Under the pieces are notes generated by a model. The model searched no databases. It had not been told where the DNA came from and saw only the letters and a program-made list of their open reading frames with translations. A program made the translations under genes and the position numbers. A stretch of DNA of 64,000 nt from Anthoceros angustus (taxonomy: Eukaryota > Plantae > Anthocerotophyta), in NCBI GenBank assembly GCA_010909165.1, contig VJWM01000273.1:81848-145847 (forward strand), read 5' to 3'. Below, in pieces: positions 24,421-36,352 of this stretch. Every line of letters starts with the position of its first letter. Position 1 is the first letter of the stretch.

Positions 24421-27400
24421 GGGATAGAAAAGGAAAGTTGGCGACTTATCACCTACGGATGGTGTGGCTCATTTGAAGGAAGGTCTTCGGCCCTTAGGCC
24501 TTATGTGACATCGGAGGAATACAAATGGTGGGAAGCTCGGACCAACAAGAGATTCATTATTGTTCAAAACAACATTGGGCCTGGCCTCCTCCATCCTTGG
24601 AAGTGGTATTCGAGGTCCAAGTAGAAGTAAACCCCAACCTGCGACTTGATGAAGCTTTATTACGGGAGGCGTTGTTGAGGACCTTCCACAACGAGATATG
24701 TATTTGGGACGATACCAAAACTTGGAAAGACAAGGAGGGAATGACACGCTTTGAATGGTGATGTGTTGAAATAAATAAGGGCATGTTCATTGCGCCCAAA
24801 GTGACACGCATAACCATTTTGGATTGGGAAGGTGATTGATTTGTTGTTTGATGACCCACTCACTTACTTGTTCATGCATGTAGCACACAGATGCGTTTGA
24901 GGGTAGGTACGTTGAAGAATACATAGGGGATGGCACCAAGCAACAAACCGGGAAAAGGGGTCAAGGGTTGAACCTAAAAATATTGAAGTATATGTATGTA
25001 AAACCGTCATCTTGTATTATGGTTTCACCTTGAATTCTAAACATCTGTATGCGGTAGACAAGAAGGCAATCAAGGACAAGTCAATGAATTGCGGGCTTCA
25101 TACAACCAGCAAGTCAAAGTGGCAGAGGATGAAGATGATTGATGATGCCGAACCCAACGAATATGACGGCGTCAATTCAGAAGGAGAGTAGATTGCACTT
25201 CGAATGTTAAAAGTGCGCATAGGCCGAGCCTCATTTTCTGCTTTGAGAAGGGAAACTGCAAGACACATTCGACACGTTCATTGTAGCCCATTCTTGGGGA
25301 AAGTTTGAAACGACCAGTATATTCTACAAGATGTTAGCCGATGGAAACTCCTCTCCAAATCGACTTTTTAGTCCTAAAGCACTAGCGCAGTGGGACACCC
25401 TTTGCAAATTTGCACATTTAGAGCATGTGCACATTTAGGGCTTGCACGATGCCACCACTAATAATGCATCCATACGACTTTCCTGCTTTTTGATCACGGC
25501 TAGTCACATGACTATACATAGCATCCGCCGATGGTTGGTGACAGACCCTCTTGTCTCAAAATCGATTCCTCCAACCTACCAAGGGATAGGAGATGACATA
25601 TCACTTTCGGGATTGTGGAGGTGGGTGCGCTGGCGGCCCGCACCCACGATTTCCATGAATTCCATGTCGCATGTAAGGGATTCATGACCCATACCACCAC
25701 CACCCGCATGGAAGCGCCTGGGGAAACTTGAAATATGAGAGTTCGACATTGGTTGGACCATGTTTTCCCGATTGTTTGTGGGGCATCGTCAAATGTACTC
25801 ATCTTCACTGTCATGGTGCTCCATTTTGTAAATGGGCTCTAAAGTCGGCATAGGTGTAAACTACAACCATTGCTCCACATGTCAGAACGGCAAGCTGTCG
25901 TGTTGGTGTTCACCCTTCTTTCGATCATCTTTTCCAAAGACAAGCGGTGAACAAGGGATTCAACACCATCCAAAACCCTTCGCAAATAAAGAGTAAACCC
26001 TCATGTCAATAATCACCCTTGTTCTAAATAGGATGGTTTGTTTCCTGTCTGCCTCAAGACTCTTCTCCAAGTGCTCCACTTGAGCTTCCATCCTCATAAC
26101 ATCCTCCGCCACTGGGTTTCCGCCGCCTACTTTCCCTTGCTTGGTAGGTCCTTGTCTTCCGCCTCCTTCAAGAATTCAACTCTCCTCTTGGCCTCCATGT
26201 CTACCTTGAACATCTCCCCATGCGCAGCATCTCCTCCAACATGTCCAAGTCTCCTTTCTTACCTCCGGAGACTCAAGGCCTTTGCCTTGCTCATGGGATC
26301 TTACATCCCTTGCTTCCCTATGATGAGCTCCCGCTCATCACTTGGTGGGGCAACTCCTCCCACCGTGACTCCATCCGCCGCCCACCTAAGGGGCCGGTTG
26401 CCTTCTTATCTCCGCTTGGGAGCTTCCAAAACCGTGACTTCCTTTCCTCCTACCGTGGTAGGAGGTGCTCCTACCACCAGGACTACTTCCCACCGTGGTA
26501 GGACTAATTCGCCACCCAGGCCTTGTCATGAGAGGACGAAAGGGGTCCCAAACCACGTGGGAACACCTCCCACCTCGCAGGCGGGATTCGCCATGGTAGG
26601 ATCTATCCTACCTTCCATCTCCGCATCCTCCGCGGTCCAACTTCAAATCCCCTACAACTTCTCCTTGCAAGTCCTCCCGCATCCTCGGCCTATCTGAGGG
26701 ATTCCTTCCAAAATAATGTCCTGTGGTGCTGCACCTCCTTTAGCGCAAAGCACCAAGCACTCCCTCTCCCCGGCCGTAAGTACACAATGTTAAAGGGATG
26801 CTTGGAATCATCCAACTCCTTACTTGTGAGTAGCCCTCTACTTCCCACAAATGCACTAGATAAGTGCTAAGATAGCATGGCCTTGACTGTCTTCATCCGA
26901 CGTTGGGTTTTCAAAGAACTTTTCCTTGGTAGGTGTATGCTTCATACATGATGAGCCCCAATCCGCTTCGCCCTTGAGTGATCTTCCATAGAAAATGGAG
27001 GAAGGTAGAAAATATGACACCCTTGGATTGCTCACCAAGCCCAAAACAATTCTTGTGAACAATCTCCACTTGGGCTCCAAGATTTGGTCCGTCTGCCAAC
27101 CGTTCTTGGACTTAGCCTTCATGCCCCTTGCATAAGTGTAAGGGCTCCTTGGGAAGATCCGCCGTTGATGCACGCTTGCCTCCACTGCTTCCTTCCATCA
27201 ACGTGATTCCGCTATCCTCGCTATCCGCCCCGCCATATACCGCGATGCTCATGTCCAACACCGTGGATCCGTCTGTGTTTCCTATCCGTAAGCCACCTCT
27301 TCCGTCACGCAAATTAGCAAAACCTCTTCTATCAATTCAAGGTTGTAAGACCAATGTCGCCCATACACCCACTCTAGCTGAATATTCTCCTCGCTGCCCA

Positions 27401-28039
27401 AGGTCGAAAGTCCGAAAGGTCTCTAGAGGATAGCTGGCCTATAGTAAATAATGGCATGTCAAATTTCCACCTCCGGTCCGATCCTCCCGCCTTAGACCTC
27501 TTGCCGCCTCGCGCCACCTCCCTTGGTGGACGCTCCTTCCTTGGCTACTACCTCCTTGCCCTTGGTCATGGTAGGCTTGGTCATGGCCTCCTTGGTTAGT
27601 ACTTGCACGAAATTGAAGAAAAGTGATGCCTCCTGCAATTCCTGCACCTCCCGCTTCTTATCCTTGCAAACGCTTTCTCCTCCTCGCGATTTGCTCTTGC
27701 TCACAGCTCAAAGGTCCTTGCCTCGCCCCTCAAACCCCGATTTCGCAAGAGAAAGCTCAACCCCCACGGACTCTTACACCGCCACAATTTAGGAGCCCTT
27801 CCTGCACGGTTTCCTAGCAATCTTGCCACGCTCCACCCTCCTAGGCACCCTCACGAGCTTGGCAAGTGTTGGGTTGCGCCCAACCTTCTTCTCCCTTCTC
27901 TTCCTCTTTTCCTCCTTCCTCTCTTGGGCGCCCGCGGATTTCGCCTCCTTGCCGAGCTTGCGCCTCTCCTTCTCCTCCTGCACGGGGCGTGTTGCTGTAT
28001 GGGGCCTTGGGAAGCTTGAGGTGTGGCGGCGCCCCGCTA

Positions 28040-31000
28040 CCACCATCACCACACTCCACACAATGATCATAGTTGTCCAACACATTGTTTCTAATACCCT
28101 TCAATCTCTCCTCAGCAAACAAGTCCTCAGCTGCTTCGTGCAGAGACCTCCCGTCCACAAGGTAGATGCTATTATACCTGACCTTACAGGAAAATTTAAA
28201 TCCATAAATAAGAACACAGCTAAAAAAATCAAGCTGCAAACGACAACAACGGTGCATGAGACTAGCACTCACGGATTACGTCGAGAGCCCATTCCAGCAT
28301 GCTGTTCAAACTGGGAGCAGCTTATCTGCAAGGATATATTTACAATTAGCGTCCATGGGAGGGAAGCGAGAGCTCTTCCATATCACTTTTCTCACCACTT
28401 GCTTGCAGCAGAGGCAGCAAATTCCAACTCCTTTCTTGATACCCTCTAGGAGCTTCTGCAGGGACAACCAAGAACCCATAAGTTAAGACAAACAATGAAC
28501 TCAGCCTTACTTCTTCTTGCTTCATTTGTCTATCTGTCACAGCCCAACTTCAAACATTGACTATTCCAGGATGAAAAGATCGTCTGCAGTCAGGGGATTG
28601 TTTCAAAGTCAGGAAGGCAGGGCAGACGTCTCTACCTGCCCTTTAATATAGTAAGCCACCTCCACATCATCTGGCAATCCACCAGGCAAAAATAGCGCCT
28701 TGTGCATGGCAGCATTGGTATCTCTGAAAAATCAGCAGCCCCTCTGTCAAGAAGGATAAAGCAAGCATTGCTATCAAAAACCCAGAAACCCTTACTGTAA
28801 TATTCCCAAAGCAGAGTCTGTTATTTGTCCAACAACACAAACTTGTGAACGAACACACTTTGAGATACAAGTTGTTACTAGATTCAGGTTACCAGCTTGG
28901 TATTTGGGGCACACCTAACTCTTGATTGTCCGGCAGAGTCTGGCAGGGAGGCAGAAGGCCTACACCATATCAAAGCCGGATTTAAGTCTCCACAAGTAAC
29001 TGTCCAAAAATGTACATCTCCTCCTCCTCAAATGTGAGGCAGAATCTCCACGCTGGGAGATCAACATGCATCTAGCAAAGAACCCTGACACTGCTGGGCC
29101 ATACCTTGGGCGGCTTGGATAGAGACAAGCTCCTCCCTGCTGCTTAGTATCAACCAATGTGCAGGACAAGCAACCTCGCTGTCCAGGCTGAGACTCCTCT
29201 AAGTCATCCAAATACTCTGTGACAAGTCAGCTGTGAGAAGAAGATGTACCAAATAACTTGCAGACAAAGATGAGCTGCAACCAATAAATCCAATACCACA
29301 GTCACCTTCATTGCCTTGGTATGCCGCGCACACATTTACATTCCTCTCTTCTTGAATATCACCAATTGCAGTTCTCAAGGCATCTTTGATCTTCCCAGGG
29401 TGACTGGCCCTTTTACCAGCCTCAAGGACATCATGAAGTGACTTGCCGTTTTCAAGGCAAATAAAATCACTTGGGTGCCTGGCAGAGCTACCAGCATGCT
29501 TCTCAAAAGCAGAAACATTGACAATCTATCAAGGAAACCAGACAGTTCAATTCAATAGTAAGAACAACATTATTAGCTGAAATAATTACGAAATGCAAAC
29601 AGGTAGGATTTGCTGATCAGGCCTAGCCATAAGAGTCACCATCAGATTACCTCACTGCCTTTGCAGTCAGAACAATCACAGAGAATTCCATTCTTTCGCA
29701 CAACACCAGTGAGCAGGACCTGCAGACAGTGTTACACGAGAGACAGTTGGCAGTAGCTTCTACATGCTGTAAGAAATAGATGCATTACCATGGTGAAATG
29801 AGCGTACCACTCCTGCCCGGTCCCGATAGCTAACACGATGCCCTTCGATCAGTCCAGTAGCCAGCAATGATTTAGCAGTAGTTGGTGGATCAACTATTAC
29901 ACAGTCAGTCGGTGGCTTGATCTTCAGCTTGAAGACTGTTGTCACCGGTTGTGGTAACAAATCAGTGCACAAGGGTCCAGTGCCCGATAACTCTGCCTTT
30001 TCAACCTTTATGCACACATCAGCTGGTGGTTCGCTCACATCACATGCGAAGTCAGGGTCACCATTATCTGTAGCACATGGAGGTCCCCGCTTTGGGGCAA
30101 GACACTTACTGCATCGGTAAACAGCAGCAGGCTTACTATGAAATTGTGTGCTTGACACATCCTCATCCTGACTGACATCCAGAGAGTACGGACTATGACT
30201 TCTTGTACCTGCAACAGCAGCAACAAATATTTCAGCAGATATACCGGCGGAAGGTTCTGACTTACGGAGTCCATAAGCATTGGCCGAGTTAGAGGGCAGC
30301 GTTGACAAGCAGGTGACACTGCCCTGGACTCACCAGACTGATGCAAATCACCACTACAACCATTGGGGCAAAGCCCAGCACTTCTTGATATCTCAAGGTT
30401 TACACTCCCATACGTCTCCAGAGGCAGAGACCAGTTCACTGGTTGAACCCTGCAGCCTGGAGTGTTGTCTTCATGCTGCACAAAGGCACCAGCAAATGTG
30501 AATTTCCTTGCTTAAGTGAGTTCGAAAATCAGAACAATCAGCTGAAGTTTGACTTAAACGTCTCCTGAATTTATGAGTAATTGAGAGTTCACTTTGTATC
30601 CAGACACTCTTCCTAGCACGCCTGGCCTGCTAGGAAACTGGCTGGCAAAACCATCAGTCTTCATCCTGGTCTCAATACCATCATGTCCCACATCAGGCAC
30701 TCCAACCAGCAGACCGGAATCTTCCCCATCAGCAATCAGCCCTTTGCTCTGACCAGACTCACAAAGATCCGGATCCGTATCTGCAGCCTGCAATTGCGAA
30801 AGGTCGACTCAACGAGTGCCAGCAGAATATATGATGCTACAGGCAACTCATCCAAACAATAATCACATGACTGCAAGCCTGCGGGCAGGCCAAACTCTGG
30901 GCAGCCAAAAGCAAGACCATGTAGCCACCTTTGACTCCAGGCTCCAAACTCTGAGCCAGTAGAGAACCACCTTAGATTGCAACTGGAATCAACTGCAGCT

Positions 31001-32090
31001 TCTTACCACAGGCAAAGGAAGAGGTGACCGTCTTGCTGGCAGTACAATTGCTGAACCAGCTACTAAACTCTCCGGATTGCCCCCACCCAGCTCTGACACT
31101 GATGGTATGGCAAGAGGTGTTCTCCTTGCTGTTGAGGTAAGATTACCATTTCCTGTAGCAATAAGCCCGTCCACGTCCTCGCTGGCATCCAGTGCTATTT
31201 GGTTGCAGCAACCTTGAGCATCAACTGATCCCATTTTCAGAGTCGATGATCTGTCGATATCAACAGCAGTGGACTTTGAGACCACTGTAGAAGACGAGGA
31301 CTGCTCCAAGGTCTTAGCAAAATCCACCATTCCTGGCAGGCATGACATCTGCGGAGATATTGAACCCGGGACAGTACATTGCCTTGAGACAGCAGCTGCA
31401 GCAGACAGATGTGCTCCAGCTATTTCCGAGTCTGCAGAGACTGAACTTCCAATTCCTGACACACACTCTCGATTGCTCGGGAAGTCCCGAGATAACTCCA
31501 TCCGGTAACTCGACACCGCAGATATTCCCCTGCTTACAAGCTGCGGCCTTAATGCTTCTGAGGTTGGCACTTGGTTAGATGAACAGGCCACAATCTCCCC
31601 TTGCGAATTCCTAATGCACGTACCGACATCCCCACCGTTGACAATGCCCGCACTGTCGACATTCTGTTTTTTGAGGAGGGGAACATTGAAATCCTCTTCC
31701 ACAACATCAGAATACACAGCTTTCCGCTTGATCACAATCTTGAATTTGGGAGCCCGAACTTCGGATGCCTCTGTCATATCGGAATGGCAAACAGGAGCAC
31801 CCATGCTCTCCTCTTCATCCCGAGCTTCAAGCCCTATCCCGGACGAATCTACCACGGAGCAGTTCTCACGAGTATCACCTAGCTGAGACACGGTTGCTTG
31901 CACTGGGTCTACATGTACAGCAACACCGACGTCTCCGATGCTGGCCGAGGGGCTGTCCCTGCAAGCCATGCTCGTACTATGTAACTTCCTGAGAGTGACC
32001 AGTGCATGAAAGCCCGATTGTCTGACCGTAGACTGCGTCGACAGACTTTGAGCTATAGCCACCCGGCTAGGCAGAAAAATCACAACTCTC
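28040..32090 (-). pseudogene. Host Tify(x2)-PHD chromatin protein gene (IDM1-like / PHD-GNAT acyltransferase family), 3'-truncated
   Basis: Long N-terminal exon (30989-32092 ORF). Tify-like ATGLIEGHRVSYRDRAG and NVSAFEKHAGSSARHPSDFICLENGKSLHDVLE. Second Tify GVGICCLCCKQVV...YNSIYLVDGRSLHEAA. PHD start DHCVECGDGG. Introns present. The rest of the PHD and the GNAT domain are absent. Confidence 0.8.
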
Positions 32091-33151
32091 AACGAAAGGG
32101 AATGCCAGGCAAATGAACTCGAGAGTCATATCCACCTGTTTCAAGTACCCGCCTGCAAGAAAGGAGATGACAGCATCCCAAGACCAATACAATCACGGGG
32201 AGTACTGATCGGCGAGTCTTACCGGGAAGACCGGTTTGTAGAGGGGAGCAAGAAGACGGCAGTACCTACTCCAGACATTCGATGTAAAGCTAGCAGACAA
32301 CCCGAAACCTGTACCCTGTGCAACTCGTCTTCGAGACATACCTGGAACTATGAGCGAGCCCTCAATCTCTGCCAGCTAACACCATAGTGAAGCCAAAGGA
32401 GCAAAATGAGGCAGAAGAGAGCAACAATAGATGCGAAAACCCTGGGAACGAGACGTGTGACACTACTAGGCCAGTTGCTCAAAGAAGAAGTGACGCATGC
32501 AAGCGTTGATGCTTGAACGTACCGCTTGAGCTGCAAAGGGTGCCAGGCGCAAATCGCCAGACGTGTGTGACTGGACACACAGTCCGGAGGAGAGACTGGA
32601 GGAGGTCAAAATGTAAGGGAATGTACAGGATCGACTCACAGCTACAGGGCCACATGGATGAAATCACGAGATTCGGCAGCAACCGGTGCACGAGATCCCG
32701 CAGCAAGCACCAGCTGGTGGGGCAAAGCTGAAGGTCCTGGAATGTCGCTGTGCCTCGGTCTACAGCGCTGCTTGCCGCGGTGCGCCACAAACAGGGATGA
32801 ACGCAGCTCCCCCGATAGGCGAGGGAGGGAGGAAGGGTTCAGGCATACCCTCGCCTTCCCACGACACCATCTTACGGCGTATTGTTTCCTAGACGTCTCT
32901 GTTTCGTGGATACCTATTACTAATATAGATACCATACCTACGTCACATGTATGTACGTACGCATATAGGCAGATACATAAGCATATGCATACATATTACC
33001 TCCTGCCAAGAACAATTTATTAAAAAGAATGGTCGGGAAAACCCATCTACCCATAACCGAAGGGGACAATCCACTCAAGGGCTAAGAGCCAAGGGGGGCT
33101 AGCCCTCACATATGCCGGGACAACCCACTCAAGGGCTAAGAGCCAAGGAGG

Positions 33152-33430
33152 CTAGCCCCCACGAACGCCAACCCCGAAGCTATCTGCCGCCCCGATTATG
33201 TCGTGGTCCGAGATGAGGAAAGGCCTACCTACAACTGGTGCCGATGATGCCACGTCTCCTGCCCTCGTCACCATCCTGTAAATAGCATTGGCCAGCGCCC
33301 TTTGCAAGGCCATGGATATCCATTGTCGAAAGAAAGCCACCACCGAGGAAAGAGGGAGACCCACCCCGTTCCGATGAGTGTGGTAGGCTTTAGCACAATC
33401 CTTAATGAGCCGGGAAAAATCCTTGCCCAT
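33152..33430 (-). pseudogene. C-terminal tail of a restriction-like endonuclease, CRE-like non-LTR retrotransposon
   Basis: GAMGKDFSRLIKDCAK...VAFFRQWISMALQRALANAI matches the CRE/REL C-terminal pattern (F-Q-RISIALQRGNA). It is followed by a 3' region with a ~40-bp direct repeat (33068-33108 / 33121-33159) and a degenerate TATG tract. Confidence 0.55.
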
Positions 33431-36045
33431 AGCCCCGCCTCCCCTGGCACTTCTATTGGCTCTGTTCCCTCTTCAGGGATCACTTCTTTGGGTGGCACTT
33501 CTGGTCCTGCTCTGCAAGAAACTGGTCTTCCAACAGGATTGTGTCTCGATATGATCCCGCTTTTGGAAGACGGGACTTATCTGCTGAGTGGTAGATGGAG
33601 AGGTAGCTGATTGTCCGTTTTTGTTTGTCTTTTTGATCAGGACAGGCTCTTTGGATGCACCTCCGCATGGAATTTCTCGCAGTGTGCAAATTGATGAACT
33701 TGGTCGCTGCTTTTTGTTCAACCAAAAGGAGACCTCAGTTTCTGGTTTGTCCATCTACTATACGCTAATAGAGCCTTTGAATGGATCTCTCCCGGTGATC
33801 TTTTCATATCAGTCTTGGAAAATTGTGAGGAAGAAGTGTTGGCATATTTTGATCTCATTGTGTTTGGATGGAAATACCTAGAGAATATCTCCAAGAGTTT
33901 ATATCGCCCCAAGGATTTCTTTACGGGTTTTGATATTACTGACCATGCTAGTATGAATGCATGTATCTGTATGTCTGCCAAACGGCTTTTCCCTTTTATT
34001 GACAAAGCCACAGTCTCGTCAAATGACCCCTCCTCCTTACACGTCCAGTCTATGTCCTTGGATATCCTACATCACCCCGCTTACGTACTTGCGTTAGCAA
34101 GGGGCTAAACCCCACTAGAATACCACCAGTGGTTGATGCTCTGGTAACTGCCTTTGTGCATGTCATTGAGATTCTTCAAAAACGTGGACATCAAGCTTTT
34201 GATTGTAATGGATTGACCTTTGTGTCAAAGCCCAATAAACCTGATTTTATTATGTGGTGGTTTATATGGAAACCGCTACCATGGAACGCAATAAGAGACA
34301 GCATACCGCATCAAAGACATGACACATGTCTTTGAAGAACCTTCCCCATCAAGAATGAAATCTCTTGGTTATTCGTGCGAAGACTTGTATATCTACTGCC
34401 CGACAAAGCTAGACTACACCGCTTGCTTTCATCCGCAGACACATAAGGCAACAAGTAATCAGCAAGCACTGGCCTTAGTTTGGATTTAAAACTCTAACTC
34501 TTTCTGCCTCAATCTTGCTCGGAGTGAGACCAAAGTGAGATTTCCTCCTCCTTAGGAGTTAGAGAATGATACTTGAGCTTTGGCCAGCCATGGACGATGG
34601 CCACTTTCAAAGGCAACACACAGGTTGGAAATATAGATGGCTTACCAATGCTGCTCAATTGTTTATTTCTTCTGTCAGAAATGATCTATTGACCATAGCC
34701 TAACCAAAGCTTTGTTCCCTGCGGCCGAAAGAATGGGCCCAAACGCAATCACAAAGACACCCTACCCTGCTGTTCTGGGCGTACAAACCTCCTTGTATTG
34801 GATCCATGGACTCCACTTTGGATGGCTTTTAAACCTCGCCAAACATGAGGTGCATGATCTGCCTAGCCCCATGTATATTGCATCACCGCTATGAGGCAAT
34901 CCTACTAGTGATTCGATGCACTCAATGACTGCTGCTATTTTGGCAAACATTACCGCTTTTAAGGCTAGTGAACAAGGGCTTCACATCCTCAAAGAATTTG
35001 ACAGCCATTTCAAGATGTCCGCTTTGACCATGCGCCTTTCCTTCAATTCCATGGTGCCGAGCCTCTTGGTAGTATGCCTCCAAGAGGCTTGTCTTTTACA
35101 CAAGAGCGATTGGGTGCTCTCCACTTTCTTTATGCAAACTCCGCTTATGTCCAATCAATTGTCAATAAGTGTTTGCTGCAAAGATCTTGGCATACCTAGG
35201 TTTCTCTGCTCCGCTTCCTGGTGCAGTGTCAGATTTTTTTCTCGCTATGAAGTCTACAGCCATTCTGCATTGGCTAAGCTTGAAGACTTCGACTCAGCGG
35301 CCTTGTTTGCACATGCTCCAAGACACATGGACGACCTGTGTTGGTTTAACACCAGTATCCCTAATCAATTCCTGGATCCGGCTACACCAAGGACCCCAGA
35401 TTCGCCATTTTGGATTCATCCCTTGGATGTGGTGGCTATTGAACCCGAGATCCATAAGTTTGGGGAAGATTTGGAAGGTAACAAGATTGGGATTGCTGCT
35501 CACTTCTTGTCTTTTCAATTCACTATCATAGACCCTGTGCGTGGACTGATTTCTTTCACCAAATATGATAAAAGAAGGGCACCCCCCTTCAAGTGTGCTC
35601 AGTTCATTCACTTGGAGTCTAACAGATCTGTCTCTCAAGCATACAAGGTTATTATCTCGCAGGTTTTTCCTTTGCCATATATTTGCTTCACAGCGGAGGC
35701 AATTTTACACGAGATTTTGGTGATGGTCAACACCTTTATGGCTAATGGCTTCCAGGAAGCAAGATTGCTGAGAATCATTGTCAGGTTCTTGCAACGAAGC
35801 TCTTTCCCCGATGCGAGAGTGGCCAAGGAAGACATTCTCGTAATGCTTTATGCTCCAATGCCTTCTATCCTTCCTGACTATAATTGTGGTATTCCCACCC
35901 ACGCTTGCTCCTTACAATAAATTTCTCCCTCAGCAAAAAGATCCTCCGTGCTATGGTGCGTATCTCACTAAGGCCTGCATATTGCGCTACCTCGGTATGG
36001 ATTCTTTCAAATCACTGTTGGTGGAGGGTATTTACATAACAGGAG
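33430..36045 (+). mobile_element. Penelope-like element, Naiad/Chlamys-type (CxC domain + C-terminal RT), 5'-truncated and frameshifted
   Basis: CICMS...LHVQSMSLDILHHPAYVLALARG(LN) (CxC linker), PDKA, a motif A-like stretch, DLGIP-GFSA..SDFFLA (motif B), RHMDDLCWFN (motif C) and YDKRRAPPFK..FIHLESNRSVSQAYKVIISQV (thumb). No downstream endonuclease. It ends next to a microsatellite. Confidence 0.75.
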
Positions 36046-36205
36046 GTACGTATATACATACATATATATACATATATACATATATATACATATATACATA
36101 CATACATACATATATACATATATATATACATATATACATACATATATATATACATACATACATACATATACATATATATATATATATACATACATATATA
36201 TACAT

Positions 36206-36236
<31 letters not shown>

Positions 36237-36352
36237 CATATATACATATATATATATATACATACATACATACATACATACATACATACATACATACACA
36301 CACACATACACACATACACACATACATACATATACATGGTATGTATGTATGT
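36046..36352. repeat. Compound microsatellite (TATACA/TACA/TA/CA)n
   Basis: Directly visible ~300-bp tract. Confidence 0.97.

Larger units (their letters stand above)
16980..26016. mobile_element. Composite DNA-transposon-like insertion (~9 kb)
   Basis: Interrupts the A1 ORF cleanly, with a flanking direct duplication GAT(T/G)GTTTGTT that is extendable with mismatches. Ends are weakly inverted (GAAGGGGGTGAATAT vs GAACAAGGGTGATTAT). It contains a transposase and a dispersed GC motif near both ends. Confidence 0.6.
14635..28040 (-). mobile_element. Athila/Tat-like Ty3 element A1, 3' part, split by a 9-kb insertion
   Basis: 15654-16979 and 26017-28040 join into the same sequence seen at 60720-62900 and, inverted, at 51839-54590. 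The env-like ORF spans ~16240-16979 plus 26017-27950. Confidence 0.8.
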
